DNA from: Candidatus Eiseniibacteriota bacterium
GTDB taxonomy: Bacteria > Eisenbacteria > RBG-16-71-46 > SZUA-252
Length of the DNA stretch: 64,000 nucleotides
Assembly (NCBI GenBank): GCA_036274595.1
Contig: DASUFL010000056.1
Location: 28,030 to 92,029, forward strand
Direction of reading: 5' to 3'
Part shown: positions 1 through 10,435 of the stretch, piece after piece
Layout of the letters: every line of letters begins with the position of its first letter
Position numbering within the stretch: the first letter of the stretch is position 1
Translations under genes and position numbers: made by a program
The notes under the pieces: generated by a model
The model's database searches: none
What the model was told of the DNA's origin: nothing
Seen by the model: the letters and a program-made list of their open reading frames with translations, nothing else

Positions 1-92
1 TCGCGCGCGGGAGCCGGGATCCGATCGCGCCGCGGTATCGCGCTACCGTCGATGAGTACTTCCAGTCGATTCTCGAGGGCAAAGCCCGATGA
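1..92 (+). CDS. 3' end of an unidentified upstream ORF (…VDEYFQSILEGKAR*), truncated by the window edge
   Basis: Open frame from the window edge to TGA at 90-92. The TGA overlaps an ATG at 89 (ATGA). No family recognised. Confidence 0.25.
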   Translation, partial: ARGSRDPIAPRYRATVDEYFQSILEGKAR

Positions 93-226
93 TTCGCGCG
101 AGCTTGCGGTGGGAGGTCGAGGGCCAGGGAGCGATCTCCGGCCGCGGCTCAGTCCGCGCTCCGCGCGGACCGAGAGGCGTCCTCCGATCGTCCCTGGTCC
201 TCGACCTCCTTCGGCGGCACGGCACA

Positions 227-1015
227 ATGATCGCCGCAATACTCGCGGTTGGCCTGGCTCTCGCGGTCGCGTCACACGCGGCGGCGAAGCCGAAGCCGGC
301 GGAGGACAAGACGTCGAAGTCGGCGGAGCCCAAGGGCGCGATTCCGAACGTGCCGGAGCTGCAGAAGCCGGGACAGCCGCAGCCTCAGGATCCGAGGGCG
401 ATCGACGTGTATCGCGCGATCCTCCGGTCGGGGGCGGCGCGCGGGGCGGCGGATACGCTCGGGGACGGGATGTACCACGCGGCGCTCCAGGCGTTCTACG
501 AGGGGCAGATCGAGGTGGCGCAGGTGACCGCGAACCAGTTCGCGCGGACCTATGTGCGGAACCTCAAGGTGAACGAGGCGCTCGAGCTCGTGCTCCTCGC
601 GAAGAACTGCCGCGATTTCGACTACCAGCCGCTCCGCGCGTACGGCCGCGTGCTTTCGCTCCGTGCGGCGGGGCATCCCGATTCCGCGGCGTCGGTGGCC
701 AAGGCGACGCTCCAGACGTGGCCCGGCTCCGCGGTGCGCTATCACCTCCGCTATCAGCTCGCGGATCTCGCGCGCGAGCGCGGCGACCACACGGAAGCGG
801 TGGCCCAGGCGCTCGCGGTGGCCGACTCCACATCGAAGAGCCGGCTCGCGCCGGCGGCGCTCAAGCTCGCGGGGGACGAGACCATCGCGATGGGGCAGGG
901 GCAGGAGAAGGCGCTCAAGATCTACCAGGAGCTGCTGGAGCGCTATCCCGACTCGCCGCTCGCGCCAGGTGTCCGGTCGCAGATCCTCGACATGAGAAAG
1001 AAGCTCCAGCTATGA
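227..1015 (+). CDS. Secreted/lipoprotein-like TPR-helical protein (hypothetical)
   Basis: ATG at 227 gives MIAAILAVGLALAVASHAAA|KPKP, a typical signal peptide. The rest is helical and repeat-like (…YHAALQAFYEGQIEVAQ…ALKIYQELLERYPDSPLA). The stop overlaps the next ATG by ATGA (1012-1015). The in-frame ATG at 89 would add 46 residues before the signal peptide, so it was not chosen. Confidence 0.55.
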   Translation: MIAAILAVGLALAVASHAAAKPKPAEDKTSKSAEPKGAIPNVPELQKPGQPQPQDPRAIDVYRAILRSGAARGAADTLGDGMYHAALQAFYEGQIEVAQVTANQFARTYVRNLKVNEALELVLLAKNCRDFDYQPLRAYGRVLSLRAAGHPDSAASVAKATLQTWPGSAVRYHLRYQLADLARERGDHTEAVAQALAVADSTSKSRLAPAALKLAGDETIAMGQGQEKALKIYQELLERYPDSPLAPGVRSQILDMRKKLQL

Positions 1016-2286
1016 AGCGATTCCTCGCGCGGGCGTCGATCCTGCCGCTCCTCGTCGCGTTCGCGATCCTCGGCCCCGCGCCGGCCTGGGCCCGCATCCT
1101 CGTGCCGATGGATCAGGGGCAGACCGATCACCTTCGCGCGTACGGCCTCACCTACTGGGCGCTGAGCCACGGCCTCCGCGGCGAATGGCTCCTCAACTAC
1201 CGGGGCGGATCGTTCCTCCTGCCGGACAACGCGCAGCTCCAGTCGGAGGCGGTCGTGCGCGGGGTGAGCATGGAGGTGATCGACGAGGCGGCCGTGGCGC
1301 GGATCATGGCCGAGATCGCGGACAACAACATGGAGGCGATCAAGCTCGAGACCACCCCCCGGGTCGCGGTCTACGTTCCGCCGAGCGCGCCGCCGTGGGA
1401 CGACGCGGTGCAGCTCGCCCTCGACTACGCGCAGATCCCGTACACCAAGCTCTGGGACGCCGAGGTGCTGGACGGGAAGCTCGCCGAGTACGACTGGCTC
1501 CATCTCCACCACGAAGACTTCACCGGGCAGTACGGGAAGTTCTTCGCCGCCTTTGCCGCGACCGACTGGTATCGCCGCCAGGTGGTCGAGAACGAGGCGA
1601 TGGCGAAGTCGCACGGCTTCGCCAAGGTCTCCGAGCTCAAGAAGGCGGTCGCGCGCACCATCAAGAGCTACGTGGCGAATGGCGGGTTCCTCTTCGCGAT
1701 GTGCTCGGCCACGGACACGTTCGACATCGCGCTCGCGTCGGAGGGGGTGGACATCGTCGGACCGGAGTACGACCACGACGGCTTCGACCCCAATGCCAAC
1801 GCCAAGCTCGATTTCTCGCAGTGCCTCGCCTTCCAGAATTTCGAGCTGGAGATGAATCCGCTGGTCTACGAGTTCTCGAACATCGACACGACGACGAAGG
1901 CTTCGACGCGCGGCCAGCGGAACGACTTCTTCACCCTCTTCGACTTCTCGGCCAAGCAGGATCCGGTGCCATCGATGCTGGTGCAGGACCACGTCGCGAA
2001 CGTCCCCGGCTTCATGGGGCAGACGACCGGATTCGAGAAGAGCATGCTGAAGCCCGGGGTCACGATCCTCGCGGAGACCCAGGGGGCCGACGACGTGAAG
2101 TACCTGCATGGCCACTACGGGAAGGGAACGTTCACGTTCTACGGCGGCCACGATCCCGAGGACTACCAGCACGCCGTCGGCGATCCTCCCACCGACCTCG
2201 CCCTCCACAAGCACTCGCCCGGCTACCGGCTCATCCTGAACAACGTCCTCTTCCCCGCCGCGGAGAAGAAGGAAAAGAAGACCTGA
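1012..2286 (+). CDS. Secreted class-I glutamine-amidotransferase-like (ThuA/DJ-1-like) protein
   Basis: ATG at 1012 gives MKRFLARASILPLLVAFAILGPAPAWA, a signal peptide. GGFLFAMCSATDTF is a nucleophile-elbow-like Cys motif typical of the GATase1-like fold. 424 aa. Confidence 0.55.
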   Translation: MKRFLARASILPLLVAFAILGPAPAWARILVPMDQGQTDHLRAYGLTYWALSHGLRGEWLLNYRGGSFLLPDNAQLQSEAVVRGVSMEVIDEAAVARIMAEIADNNMEAIKLETTPRVAVYVPPSAPPWDDAVQLALDYAQIPYTKLWDAEVLDGKLAEYDWLHLHHEDFTGQYGKFFAAFAATDWYRRQVVENEAMAKSHGFAKVSELKKAVARTIKSYVANGGFLFAMCSATDTFDIALASEGVDIVGPEYDHDGFDPNANAKLDFSQCLAFQNFELEMNPLVYEFSNIDTTTKASTRGQRNDFFTLFDFSAKQDPVPSMLVQDHVANVPGFMGQTTGFEKSMLKPGVTILAETQGADDVKYLHGHYGKGTFTFYGGHDPEDYQHAVGDPPTDLALHKHSPGYRLILNNVLFPAAEKKEKKT

Positions 2287-2290
2287 CCGG

Positions 2291-5200
2291 TTACCTGGCG
2301 ATTCTCAGAACGGGCAGGCGGCGCACGTAGGAGGCGTTTCCCACGCGCATCCGTACGAAGTAGATGCCGTGGGCCAGGTGGTCCAGGGGAAGCGAGGTGC
2401 GGTGGATCCCCGCCTCGCGCGACGTGAGGCCGAGGCCGGCCACCAAGCGGCCGGTGACGGCGTAGATCCCGAGGGAGACCTCGCCCGGCTGAGCGAGCGT
2501 GTACTCCAGAACGGCGCGCCCTCCTTCGACGCGAGGGCGCCCCAGGGATGTCCGGAAGGATGGGCCGGCGCTCCGCGGCTCCTCCATCGTCATCGCCATC
2601 TCCATGCCAGGGCCATGGTGGTCCGGGCAGCCCTCGAGCGAGTTGTAGGCCTGCCCGTCGTCCGACGCGCGATGCACGTAGGACTCGCGCGGAACCCCGA
2701 CGACCACCGACCCATCCGCGACTCCTCCGCCTCGCGTCACGGCGGTGAAGAAGACGCGGTAGACGCGGCCGTTGCCGCCGTCCACTCGCTCCCTGCGAAG
2801 ATAGAGCTGGCCTCCGACGACCGCGGCGTCCGTGCAGGGACGGTCCGCGCCGTCCCGCCGCAACGGCTCGTCCTGCGTCACGCGCGTCACGTGGATCGAA
2901 GCGGGAGCGCCGTCGGAGTCGATCACGCCCGCGATCTCCACCGGAGCCAGCGCGCGATCGGGAGGCCAGAGTCGCGATGGCTCGGCGCGCGCGGTCGCCA
3001 CTTGAGGCTTCGGGCCCTTGGGCGGAACCACGGTGAACTGCCGCATCATGTCGTTGTCTTCGTGCTCGAGCATGTGGCAGTGGAAGACGTAATCCCCCAG
3101 ATAACCGTCGGGGCCGAAGCGCATGATGACGCGCAGGAGCTCGTGCGGCTTCACCCGCGCCGTGTCCTTCCAGCCGGCCTCGTCGGGATCCGGCGGCCGC
3201 CTGTCCGGGCCCGGGATCACCTGGCCATCGACGACCTCGAAGCTCGAGCGGTCGAGGACCTGGAACTCGACCAGATGCACGTGGATGGGGTGCTCTTCCA
3301 GCGTCTCGTTCGCGAACTGCCAGATCTCGGTCGTGCCCAGAGCAGGGAACTCGGTGGCCTCGCCCCAGCCGAAGTCTCCAAAGAGGAACTTCTGCCGGAC
3401 CTGGTCGAAGCGGAGCTGGAACGTCCGGGTTCGGACGGCCTGGCTCTCGGGGGTGCGCTCCACGGTCTCGAGCGAGGAAGGGAGCGGCGCCGTCCAGCCC
3501 GCATTCCCCGAGACGACGAACTTCATGACCCTGGATGCGGCAGGATCGTTGCGATCCATCTGACCCGACTCGAGCCTGTCCTCGAGGAGCAGCTCCGAGC
3601 CCGGGGCGTCATCGCCGAAGTCGATCACGATGTCGGCCCGCTCCGCGGGTCCGAGCGTGAGCTCGCGGACCTCGACCGGCGCGGAGAGGAGGCCGCCGTC
3701 GCTCGCGATCACGTGGAACGGGCGCCGATCCGAAAGGGCGAGCGTGAAGATCCGGTGGTTGGAGCCGTTCACCACGCGAAACCGATACTTCCCTCGGTCC
3801 ACGCTTAGCTTCGGCCACACCATGCCGTTCACGAGGACCTTGTCGCCCAGGAACGGCTTCATCTCCCACATGGCCGGGTAACGAAGCGACCCGTCCGTAT
3901 GGAACGAGCGGTCCTGGACGAGGAGCGGGACCTCGTACCGACCGCGCGGGAGCGGGAGCGACTCTTCCCCGCGGCCGCGAATCAGGTAGAGACCGGCCAG
4001 CCCCATCATCACGTTGTAGCGCGTGATGCCGAGGGCGTGATCGTGGTACCAGAGCGTCGTCGGCAGCTGCGTGTTCGGATACCGGTATAGCCTCGAGCCG
4101 CCGGAGACGAACGTCGACTCCGGGAATCCGTCGGAGTCGGACGGGACGTGACCTCCGTGGAGATGCACCACGGTGCGCGGTGACGCTCCGTCCGCGTCGG
4201 GACCGCCCATGTGAGTGTCGATCTCGAAGTAATGCGTCGTCCGCGCAAGACCGGTCTCGATGTCCCGGAGATCGTTGATCCAGCGGACGTGAACCGGCTG
4301 ATTTTCGGAGGCCTCGATCGTGGGCCCCGGGAATCTCCCGTCGTAACCCCAGAGCGTGGTGGGTGGCAGATCCCGGTGGAGCTTCTGCCGAAACTCCTTC
4401 ATCGCGAGGTCGTACCAGGCGGCGCCTCCCGAGCGGCCGCGGAGCGGCCGCGCGACCGGCGGGATCGGGAGATCGTCCACGTAAGGCTCCAGGCAGACCT
4501 GTTCGTCGCAGGTGGAGTTGTCCCCGGCGTAGGACCCCGACGCGGCGTCGCATTCGTCGTGGGTCAGGAGGTCGCACGTGCCGTCCGGCTTGCAGCAGGC
4601 TCCCGCGGGATGGGTGAAGAAGACTGTCAACGTGGGGCGGAGTTTGGGATCGGGATGCTGGCGGCTCGCGTATCGCGCTCCCGTTCCTCCCCGCGTCTCG
4701 TCCCCCCGCAAGATCCAGCCGTGATTCGACGACGGATCCTCGGCCCAGCCGACGACGTCCCGCACGATCCCGCTGCCTTCCAGGATGACGACCTGCATCC
4801 ACCCCGGGAACGATCCGGAGTCGCTGAACACGCTCTCGAAATTTCCGCCATGCAAGGGTTCGCCCGCCTCCGTCGACCAGACGGTCCGCGCCCCGAAGAA
4901 TCGGTAATGCCAGGTCGAGGCCATCTCGGTCGGAGTCCGGCCCCATTGCTTGGGGCGGGCGGTGCATACGTCCAGGGCGCCCTCATCGCCCTCGCCCCAA
5001 TCCTGGTTCAGCCTGTGAACGTAGAGGCGATCGCCCGGGCCACCCGGCAGGAACCGGAACAGGTTGAGTCGCGCGGAGACGATCCGACTTCCCGCGGGAA
5101 TGGCCGAGAGGTCGAACTGGAGGAGCGATCGTCGGATGAGCGGCTGGCGCTCCGTGGAGATGGTGGGGCGCCCCACCTGGAGGCACTCTCCCGCCCCGTA

Positions 5201-5344
5201 GCTCAGGTTGGACTCCGAGTAGATCACGTTGTCCCGGACGGCCGGCAGCGTCATCTCGTCGGAACGCGATGGGCGGGGGTGGGCGATCACCATGAGGATC
5301 AGGATCGCGACGAATGGCCGTATCGGGGCGCGATGACGGGGCAC
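2291..5344 (-). CDS. Multicopper oxidase (three-cupredoxin, CotA/bilirubin-oxidase-like) with N-terminal beta-sandwich domain, Cys-rich linker and T9SS-type C-terminal sorting domain
   Basis: Copper-ligand motifs are HLHGGHV, WYHDHALGITRYNVMMGLAG, HPIHVHLVEFQV and HCHMLEHEDNDMM. The N-terminal region (…RRSLLQFDLSAIPAGSRIVSARLNLF…) looks like a DNRLRE-type beta-sandwich domain. A linker CCKPDGTCDLLTHDECDAASGSYAGDNSTCDEQVC follows. The C-terminus (…GEVSLGIYAVTGRLVAGL…HGIYFVRMRVGNASYVRRLPVL) resembles a Por secretion tail / FlgD-Ig-like CTD. The start is uncertain: GTG at 5344 immediately precedes the hydrophobic signal-like segment PIRPFVAILILMVIAHP; the in-frame ATGs at 5419 and 5596 give long non-signal N-termini. 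Confidence 0.75.
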   Translation of the reverse strand: MPRHRAPIRPFVAILILMVIAHPRPSRSDEMTLPAVRDNVIYSESNLSYGAGECLQVGRPTISTERQPLIRRSLLQFDLSAIPAGSRIVSARLNLFRFLPGGPGDRLYVHRLNQDWGEGDEGALDVCTARPKQWGRTPTEMASTWHYRFFGARTVWSTEAGEPLHGGNFESVFSDSGSFPGWMQVVILEGSGIVRDVVGWAEDPSSNHGWILRGDETRGGTGARYASRQHPDPKLRPTLTVFFTHPAGACCKPDGTCDLLTHDECDAASGSYAGDNSTCDEQVCLEPYVDDLPIPPVARPLRGRSGGAAWYDLAMKEFRQKLHRDLPPTTLWGYDGRFPGPTIEASENQPVHVRWINDLRDIETGLARTTHYFEIDTHMGGPDADGASPRTVVHLHGGHVPSDSDGFPESTFVSGGSRLYRYPNTQLPTTLWYHDHALGITRYNVMMGLAGLYLIRGRGEESLPLPRGRYEVPLLVQDRSFHTDGSLRYPAMWEMKPFLGDKVLVNGMVWPKLSVDRGKYRFRVVNGSNHRIFTLALSDRRPFHVIASDGGLLSAPVEVRELTLGPAERADIVIDFGDDAPGSELLLEDRLESGQMDRNDPAASRVMKFVVSGNAGWTAPLPSSLETVERTPESQAVRTRTFQLRFDQVRQKFLFGDFGWGEATEFPALGTTEIWQFANETLEEHPIHVHLVEFQVLDRSSFEVVDGQVIPGPDRRPPDPDEAGWKDTARVKPHELLRVIMRFGPDGYLGDYVFHCHMLEHEDNDMMRQFTVVPPKGPKPQVATARAEPSRLWPPDRALAPVEIAGVIDSDGAPASIHVTRVTQDEPLRRDGADRPCTDAAVVGGQLYLRRERVDGGNGRVYRVFFTAVTRGGGVADGSVVVGVPRESYVHRASDDGQAYNSLEGCPDHHGPGMEMAMTMEEPRSAGPSFRTSLGRPRVEGGRAVLEYTLAQPGEVSLGIYAVTGRLVAGLGLTSREAGIHRTSLPLDHLAHGIYFVRMRVGNASYVRRLPVLRIAR

Positions 5345-5521
5345 GTGCTCTCGCAAGGAGGATGGGCCGCTGCTCAGCCGGGGTCGAAGCAAGCCCCTAC
5401 GGGGGGCTGGTCCACACATTGAGGGTAGAGGGGCTCGCGCGGACCCGACAAGGTAGCCGAAGGTGGCATGCCCCCGTCGGCGCCGAGCGAATCGCCTCGC
5501 GGCCCGCGCGGCCTCCCGCAC

Positions 5522-5550
5522 TTGAGCCGTCCGCGTCGGCGCGGTACACT
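5522..5550 (+). promoter_or_regulatory. Sigma70-like promoter TTGAGC-17-TACACT, 8 nt upstream of the ATG (leaderless transcript predicted)
   Basis: TTGAGC lies at 5522-5527, a 17-nt spacer follows, and TACACT lies at 5545-5550. ATG is at 5559 and there is no SD. Confidence 0.35.
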
Positions 5551-5558
5551 GCCCGGCC

Positions 5559-6608
5559 ATGTCCGAGTACGACAAGAACAACCCCGAGCCCCTCAAGCCC
5601 CTCTACGATCCCGTGGGCGACCACGCGCCTGCCGCGCTCGTGACCGGGCCGACCGGCGCCATCGGCCGCGTCGTCTGCCGCGAGCTCGTGCAGAACGGCT
5701 ATCGCGTGCTCGGGCTGACCCGGAACTCGGACCAGTTGGCGCGTCTTCCGTACGCGGTCGTCCCCGTGCTCGGCGACATCCGGGATCCGGGGCGCTGGGA
5801 CTCGGCGATCACCCGCGCGGACGTCGTGATCCACGCGGCCATTCCGGCCGCTCCCAAGGGACCCAAGGACCGCGCGTACGCCGCGCGCGAAGCCGAGGAG
5901 CTGGCCTTGATCGCCACGGGCATCGCGACGGCTGTCCGGAAGAAGAAGAAGCGGCTCATCGCCACCTCGAGCGCGATCCTGTTCGAGCCGAACAGGGACG
6001 GCTGGGTGACGGAGTCGAGCGGCTACTCCGAAGGGAAGGGCTATGGCATCCGCCAGCGCCGGATCTATCGCGCGATCCAGGACCAGCGAAGGAAGGGGCT
6101 CAAGGCGATCGTGATGTGCCCCGCATTCGTCTACGGGCCGGGCGGATGGTTCGAGAAGTCGATGCTCGAGCCGATGGGCCGCGGCGAATCGCGGATGATC
6201 GGCGAGGGCAATCAGACGATGCATTATGTCGAAGGGGGCGATGTCGGCCGCGCCTACCGGCTCGCCATCGAGCACGGCGTGGACGGCGACGACTACCTGA
6301 TCGGCGACGACAAGCCGACCACGCACGGAGCCTTCACGCGGCTCGTGGCCCGCGAGATGGGCGCGCCGTCGCCGGTCTCCGTGCCCGAGGAAGATCTCAT
6401 CCCGATCCTGGGAGAATGGGGCCTCGAGGCGATGACCACGTGCCCCAAGATCGACTCCACGCGCGCGCGCGAGCGCCTGGGCTGGACCCCAGAGTACAAG
6501 ACGACCGAGGAAGGCGTGCCGGTCGTCGTGCGCGACTACAAGTGGCGCCGCGAGATGGCGCCGGACCTCGAGCCCTTCCGACCGGTCCAGCACCGAAGCT
6601 GGACGTGA
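5559..6608 (+). CDS. NAD(P)-dependent epimerase/dehydratase family oxidoreductase (SDR)
   Basis: Rossmann motif LVTGPTGAIGRVVCREL is followed by …VLGDIRD…; the protein is about 349 aa. ATG at 5559. Confidence 0.8.
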   Translation: MSEYDKNNPEPLKPLYDPVGDHAPAALVTGPTGAIGRVVCRELVQNGYRVLGLTRNSDQLARLPYAVVPVLGDIRDPGRWDSAITRADVVIHAAIPAAPKGPKDRAYAAREAEELALIATGIATAVRKKKKRLIATSSAILFEPNRDGWVTESSGYSEGKGYGIRQRRIYRAIQDQRRKGLKAIVMCPAFVYGPGGWFEKSMLEPMGRGESRMIGEGNQTMHYVEGGDVGRAYRLAIEHGVDGDDYLIGDDKPTTHGAFTRLVAREMGAPSPVSVPEEDLIPILGEWGLEAMTTCPKIDSTRARERLGWTPEYKTTEEGVPVVVRDYKWRREMAPDLEPFRPVQHRSWT

Positions 6609-6630
6609 CCCTCCTGGGGCGCGTCAGCGC

Positions 6631-7761
6631 TCACGGAATGAAGTAGAACGCCATTCCCAGGATCACGTAGACCGCCACCATCAGCGCCCCTTCCAGCCAG
6701 TTCGATTCGCCATCCTGCGCCACCAGATTCACCACCGCCGTCGCGAGGAGCACGGAGAGCACCTCGAACGGCGTGAAGCGCAGGTCCATGGGTCCGTGCT
6801 TCATGAAATGGGACGCGAACACGAGGACGGGGGCGACGAAGAGCGCGATCTGGATGCTCGAGCCCGTCGCGATCTGGAGCGCCAGGTCCATCTGGTTGCG
6901 CATGGCCACGAGGACGGCGGTCGAGTGCTCGGCCGCATTCCCGATCACCGCGACCACGATCACTCCGACGAAGATCTCCGTGAGTCCCAGTGCGTGCGAC
7001 GCCGCCTCGACCGCGCCGACCAGGATCTCGCTCATCCACGCGACCAGCGCGGTGGCGACGAGGAGGAGGACCACCGAGCGCCACGTGGGCACGGCCGGCC
7101 CGTGCGCCTGGTGCTCTCCTCCTTGGTAGAGGTGCCGGTGCGTGCGGAGGCTGAAGAGGAGATAGGCTCCGTACGCGATGAAGAGAACCACGGCGATCTC
7201 GAGCGAGAGCCCGGTCTCGAGAATGCCCTCGCGCTCGGGCGTCACGCGATTCGAGGCGACCGCGCCCATCGCGATCGGGTGGAAGATCGCGGGAACAAGG
7301 AGGCCGGTCGCGGCCAAGGCGAGGAGGGTCGAGTTCACGGCGGCGGCCGCTCGATCGAACGTCTGCGACGGTCGCTTCAACCCGCCCGCGAAGATGGCCA
7401 CGCCGAGCACGAGCAGGACGTTCCCGATGATCGACCCGGTGAGCGATGCCTTCACCACGTTGTAGAGTCCGCGCTCGAGCGCGGCGAAAGCGATGATCAG
7501 CTCGGCGGCGTTCCCGAAGGTGGCGTTCAAGAGGCCGCCGACGCCGGCGCCGAGCTTGGCCGCGAGCTCCTCGGTGGCGCGTCCCATGAGCCCGGCGAGC
7601 GGAACGATCGCGATCCCGGCGCACCCGAACACCGCGAGCGGTCCCCAGTGGAGGCGCTCCGCCAGGACGGCGATCGGGATGAACACGAGCAGGAGCTGGA
7701 GCGCGTTTTCGGGAGCGAACAGCCGCGTGCCCGCCCCCGTATGCCCGGCCGCCGGTCCCAT
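6631..7761 (-). CDS. Ca2+/H+ (cation/proton) antiporter, CaCA/ChaA-CAX family
   Basis: Two alpha-repeat motifs are present: [17 protein letters not shown] and [17 protein letters not shown]. The protein is multi-TM. ATG at 7761 (cat at 7759-7761) gives MGPAAGHTG…[13 protein letters not shown]. Confidence 0.8.
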   Translation of the reverse strand: MGPAAGHTGAGTRLFAPENALQLLLVFIPIAVLAERLHWGPLAVFGCAGIAIVPLAGLMGRATEELAAKLGAGVGGLLNATFGNAAELIIAFAALERGLYNVVKASLTGSIIGNVLLVLGVAIFAGGLKRPSQTFDRAAAAVNSTLLALAATGLLVPAIFHPIAMGAVASNRVTPEREGILETGLSLEIAVVLFIAYGAYLLFSLRTHRHLYQGGEHQAHGPAVPTWRSVVLLLVATALVAWMSEILVGAVEAASHALGLTEIFVGVIVVAVIGNAAEHSTAVLVAMRNQMDLALQIATGSSIQIALFVAPVLVFASHFMKHGPMDLRFTPFEVLSVLLATAVVNLVAQDGESNWLEGALMVAVYVILGMAFYFIP

Positions 7762-7818
7762 GCGCGGGGCAGTATAACCGCGATGCCACGGGCGCGCCCC
7801 TTGGAGTAATCTCCCGCC

Positions 7819-10431
7819 ATGAGCGGAATCTCGGGGACCGTCGTCTCCTTCCTGATGGGCTTGAGCGCGCTGGCCATGCCGGTTGGAGTCGCGCTCGCCG
7901 CCGAGCGGGATTCCGTCACGGTGACCGCGGGGGCCCATTACGGGCGCTCCGGCTTCCACCGATTCTTCTTCGGCACCGACTACCGGAAGGTCTGGACCAC
8001 GCCGATTCGCGTTCCCTTACTCGACCTGAGCCGGGAGGCGGGAGGACTCCGCCCCGTGCGGCGCGTCGGGGGCCGGCAGACCCAGGCGCTCGCGCTCGCC
8101 GGCGCGGACGGCCGGAGCTACACCTTCCGCGGCGTGGCGAAGGACGTCACCGGGCTCATCGACGAAAGCCTTCGCGGCACGATCGTCGAGAGCATCCTCA
8201 AGGATCAGATGGCGGCGCAGCATCCCGCCGGCGAGCTGATCGCCGGAAGCCTGGCGAAAGCGGCGGGGATCCGGGCGCAGGAATGGGTGCTCGTCGCGCT
8301 CCCGGACGATCCCGCGCTCGGGGAATTCCGCGACGAGTTCAAGGGGGCGATCGGATTCTTCGGGGAATATCCCACCGCGCCGACGGGCGATCGCCCGGGC
8401 ACCTTCGGTCTCAAGGAGATCGTCGGGCACAAAGAGCTCTATCTCAAGCTCGAGACCGATCCCTCCGCGCACATCGACGCGGACGAGTTCCTGTACGCGC
8501 GGCTGTTCGACCTCGCGATCGGCGACTGGGACCGTCACCGGCGCCAGTGGCGCTGGGCGCGATTCGAAGGCGATCCGCTCTGGCATCCCATTCCCGAGGA
8601 TCGCGATCAGGCGTTCTCGCGGTACGAGGGATTCTTCATGGGCATCGGCCGCCGCACGCGCGAGCAGCGCTTCCAGAAGTACGACGATCAGTACAAGAGC
8701 GTGTCCGGCCTCACGTGGAACGGACGCGACCAGGACCGCCACCTCCTGAGCGGAGTCACGCGCGAGCAGGTGGACCAGGCCGCGCGCGCGCTCCAGGCCA
8801 AGCTCACGGACGAGGAGATCGAGCGCGCGGTCGCCACCATGCCCGAGCCGTGGCGCGCGATCGAAGGGTCGAGGCTCACGGCCGATCTTAAGGGCCGCCG
8901 GGGCCGGCTTCCGGAGGCGGCGAAGCGGTTCTACGAGCTCCTCTCGGACAAGGTGGACGTGACGCTCACGAGCGAGCCGGAGCGCGTGGACGCGGTGCGT
9001 CAGGCGAATGGCGACCTCGATCTCACCGTGCGCCCCGTGACGGCGGCGCCGCAGGCCGCGGACCCGCCCGGGGATCCGCCGTCGGGCGAGCCTTCGTTCC
9101 ATCGCGTCTTCCATCGCGGCGAGACGAGCGAGGTCCGGCTCTATTGCCTGGCCGGCGACGATCGAGTGACCGTCACCGGGCCGGACGGCGGGATCAAGCT
9201 CCGCGTCGTCGGCGGTCCCGGCGACGACGTCCTCGCCGCGCGCGGCTCGGGGCCGGCGAAGCTCTCCGACTCGGATGGGCGCAACCAGGTGGACGGCGCT
9301 TCGTATGACGACCACGTCTACGTCCCGCCCCCCGCGCCCGCGACAGCCCCCTGGGTGCCCGCACGCGACTGGGGCTCGAAGACCAACCGCACGCCGTTGC
9401 TCTCGTACGGTCCCGATCTCGGGTTCTTCGTGGGCCTGGCGCTCGACCATCGCGCCTACGCGTTCCGGAAGCACCCGTACGGCACGCGCCACGTGCTCAG
9501 CGCCGGTTGGGCCTTCGGGAGCTCGAGCGGCAAGGCGGAGTACGAGGGCGAGTTCCGCCGCGAGAACCGGCGCGACTTCTGGTCGTTCCGCGCGTACGCG
9601 TCGGGCATCGACGTGCTCCGCTTCTACGGGCTCGGCAACGGCACCGCGAACCTGGAAGGGGATCGGAGCCGCGTGCGCGCGATCCAGTTCCTCGCCTATC
9701 CCAGCTACAACGCCCTGTTCGGGAAGCACTCCACGTTCCAGATCGGCCCCGTCCTCAAGCAGAACAAGGTGCGCCAGGACAAGGCGGAGGACGACTCATC
9801 GTTCGTCTTCTTCACGCAGCCCTACGGCTACGGCAACTTCGCGACGCTCGGCGCGCACACCGAGGCGGTGTTCGACAGCCGCGACAATCCGGCGTTTCCG
9901 AGGAAGGGATTCGTGCTCGCCGCGCGCGGCACGGTCTACCCCAAGGCGCTCGACGCTGACGAGGCGTTCGGCGAGGTGAACGGCAACCTGAACACGTACG
10001 TCTCGACGGGCAGCCGCCTCACGGTCGCGCTCCGCGGCGGCGGAAAGAAGCTCTGGGGCCAGTATCCCTTCTACGAGTCGGCGAAGATCGGCGGCGGGTC
10101 GGTGGGCGAGGGCACCTTCGGCGAGCCCGACTACACGCTCCGTCCGTTCGCGGTCGCCCGCTTCCAGGGCGACGCCTCGCTCTGGGGCAATGCCGAGGTG
10201 CGGCTCCGGCTCTTCAGCACGACGATCCTCCTGCCGTCGCATATCGGCCTCCTCGCCTTTGCCGACGCCGGCCGGGTCTGGTACGGCGGAGAGGACTCGG
10301 ACGTGTGGCACGGCGGCGGCGGCGGTGGCGGCTGGCTCTCGTTCCTCGGCGATCGGGGCGCCCTATCCCTCGGCTACGCCACGTCGGGTGAGGACAACCG
10401 CCTGTACTTCAAGGGCGGCTTCACGTATTAG
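7819..10431 (+). CDS. Outer-membrane Omp85/D15-superfamily-like beta-barrel protein with large non-POTRA N-terminal region
   Basis: Signal peptide [27 protein letters not shown]. The C-terminal ~350 aa are rich in alternating aromatic beta-strand patterns (…[14 protein letters not shown]…[39 protein letters not shown]) and end in an aromatic residue. The N-terminal ~500 aa are unrecognised. Confidence 0.5.
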   Translation: MSGISGTVVSFLMGLSALAMPVGVALAAERDSVTVTAGAHYGRSGFHRFFFGTDYRKVWTTPIRVPLLDLSREAGGLRPVRRVGGRQTQALALAGADGRSYTFRGVAKDVTGLIDESLRGTIVESILKDQMAAQHPAGELIAGSLAKAAGIRAQEWVLVALPDDPALGEFRDEFKGAIGFFGEYPTAPTGDRPGTFGLKEIVGHKELYLKLETDPSAHIDADEFLYARLFDLAIGDWDRHRRQWRWARFEGDPLWHPIPEDRDQAFSRYEGFFMGIGRRTREQRFQKYDDQYKSVSGLTWNGRDQDRHLLSGVTREQVDQAARALQAKLTDEEIERAVATMPEPWRAIEGSRLTADLKGRRGRLPEAAKRFYELLSDKVDVTLTSEPERVDAVRQANGDLDLTVRPVTAAPQAADPPGDPPSGEPSFHRVFHRGETSEVRLYCLAGDDRVTVTGPDGGIKLRVVGGPGDDVLAARGSGPAKLSDSDGRNQVDGASYDDHVYVPPPAPATAPWVPARDWGSKTNRTPLLSYGPDLGFFVGLALDHRAYAFRKHPYGTRHVLSAGWAFGSSSGKAEYEGEFRRENRRDFWSFRAYASGIDVLRFYGLGNGTANLEGDRSRVRAIQFLAYPSYNALFGKHSTFQIGPVLKQNKVRQDKAEDDSSFVFFTQPYGYGNFATLGAHTEAVFDSRDNPAFPRKGFVLAARGTVYPKALDADEAFGEVNGNLNTYVSTGSRLTVALRGGGKKLWGQYPFYESAKIGGGSVGEGTFGEPDYTLRPFAVARFQGDASLWGNAEVRLRLFSTTILLPSHIGLLAFADAGRVWYGGEDSDVWHGGGGGGGWLSFLGDRGALSLGYATSGEDNRLYFKGGFTY
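10312..10332 (+). repeat. Short (GGC)n-like trinucleotide tract encoding a Gly7 run
   Basis: The tract cggcggcggcggcggtggcggc lies inside the Omp85-like CDS ([12 protein letters not shown]). Confidence 0.5.
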
Positions 10432-10435
10432 GCCG

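Noticed and set aside
89-1015. Longer 308-aa version of the first TPR-like gene starting at ATG 89 (ATGA-coupled to the upstream ORF)
   Set aside because: It would place 46 residues in front of a textbook signal peptide. ATG at 227 gives a normal secreted-protein N-terminus. The longer form is kept as a low-probability alternative.
2291-5596. Full 1101-aa extension of the multicopper oxidase ORF
   Set aside because: The first about 85 residues are Arg-rich with no signal peptide. The hydrophobic signal-like segment begins right after an in-frame GTG at 5344.
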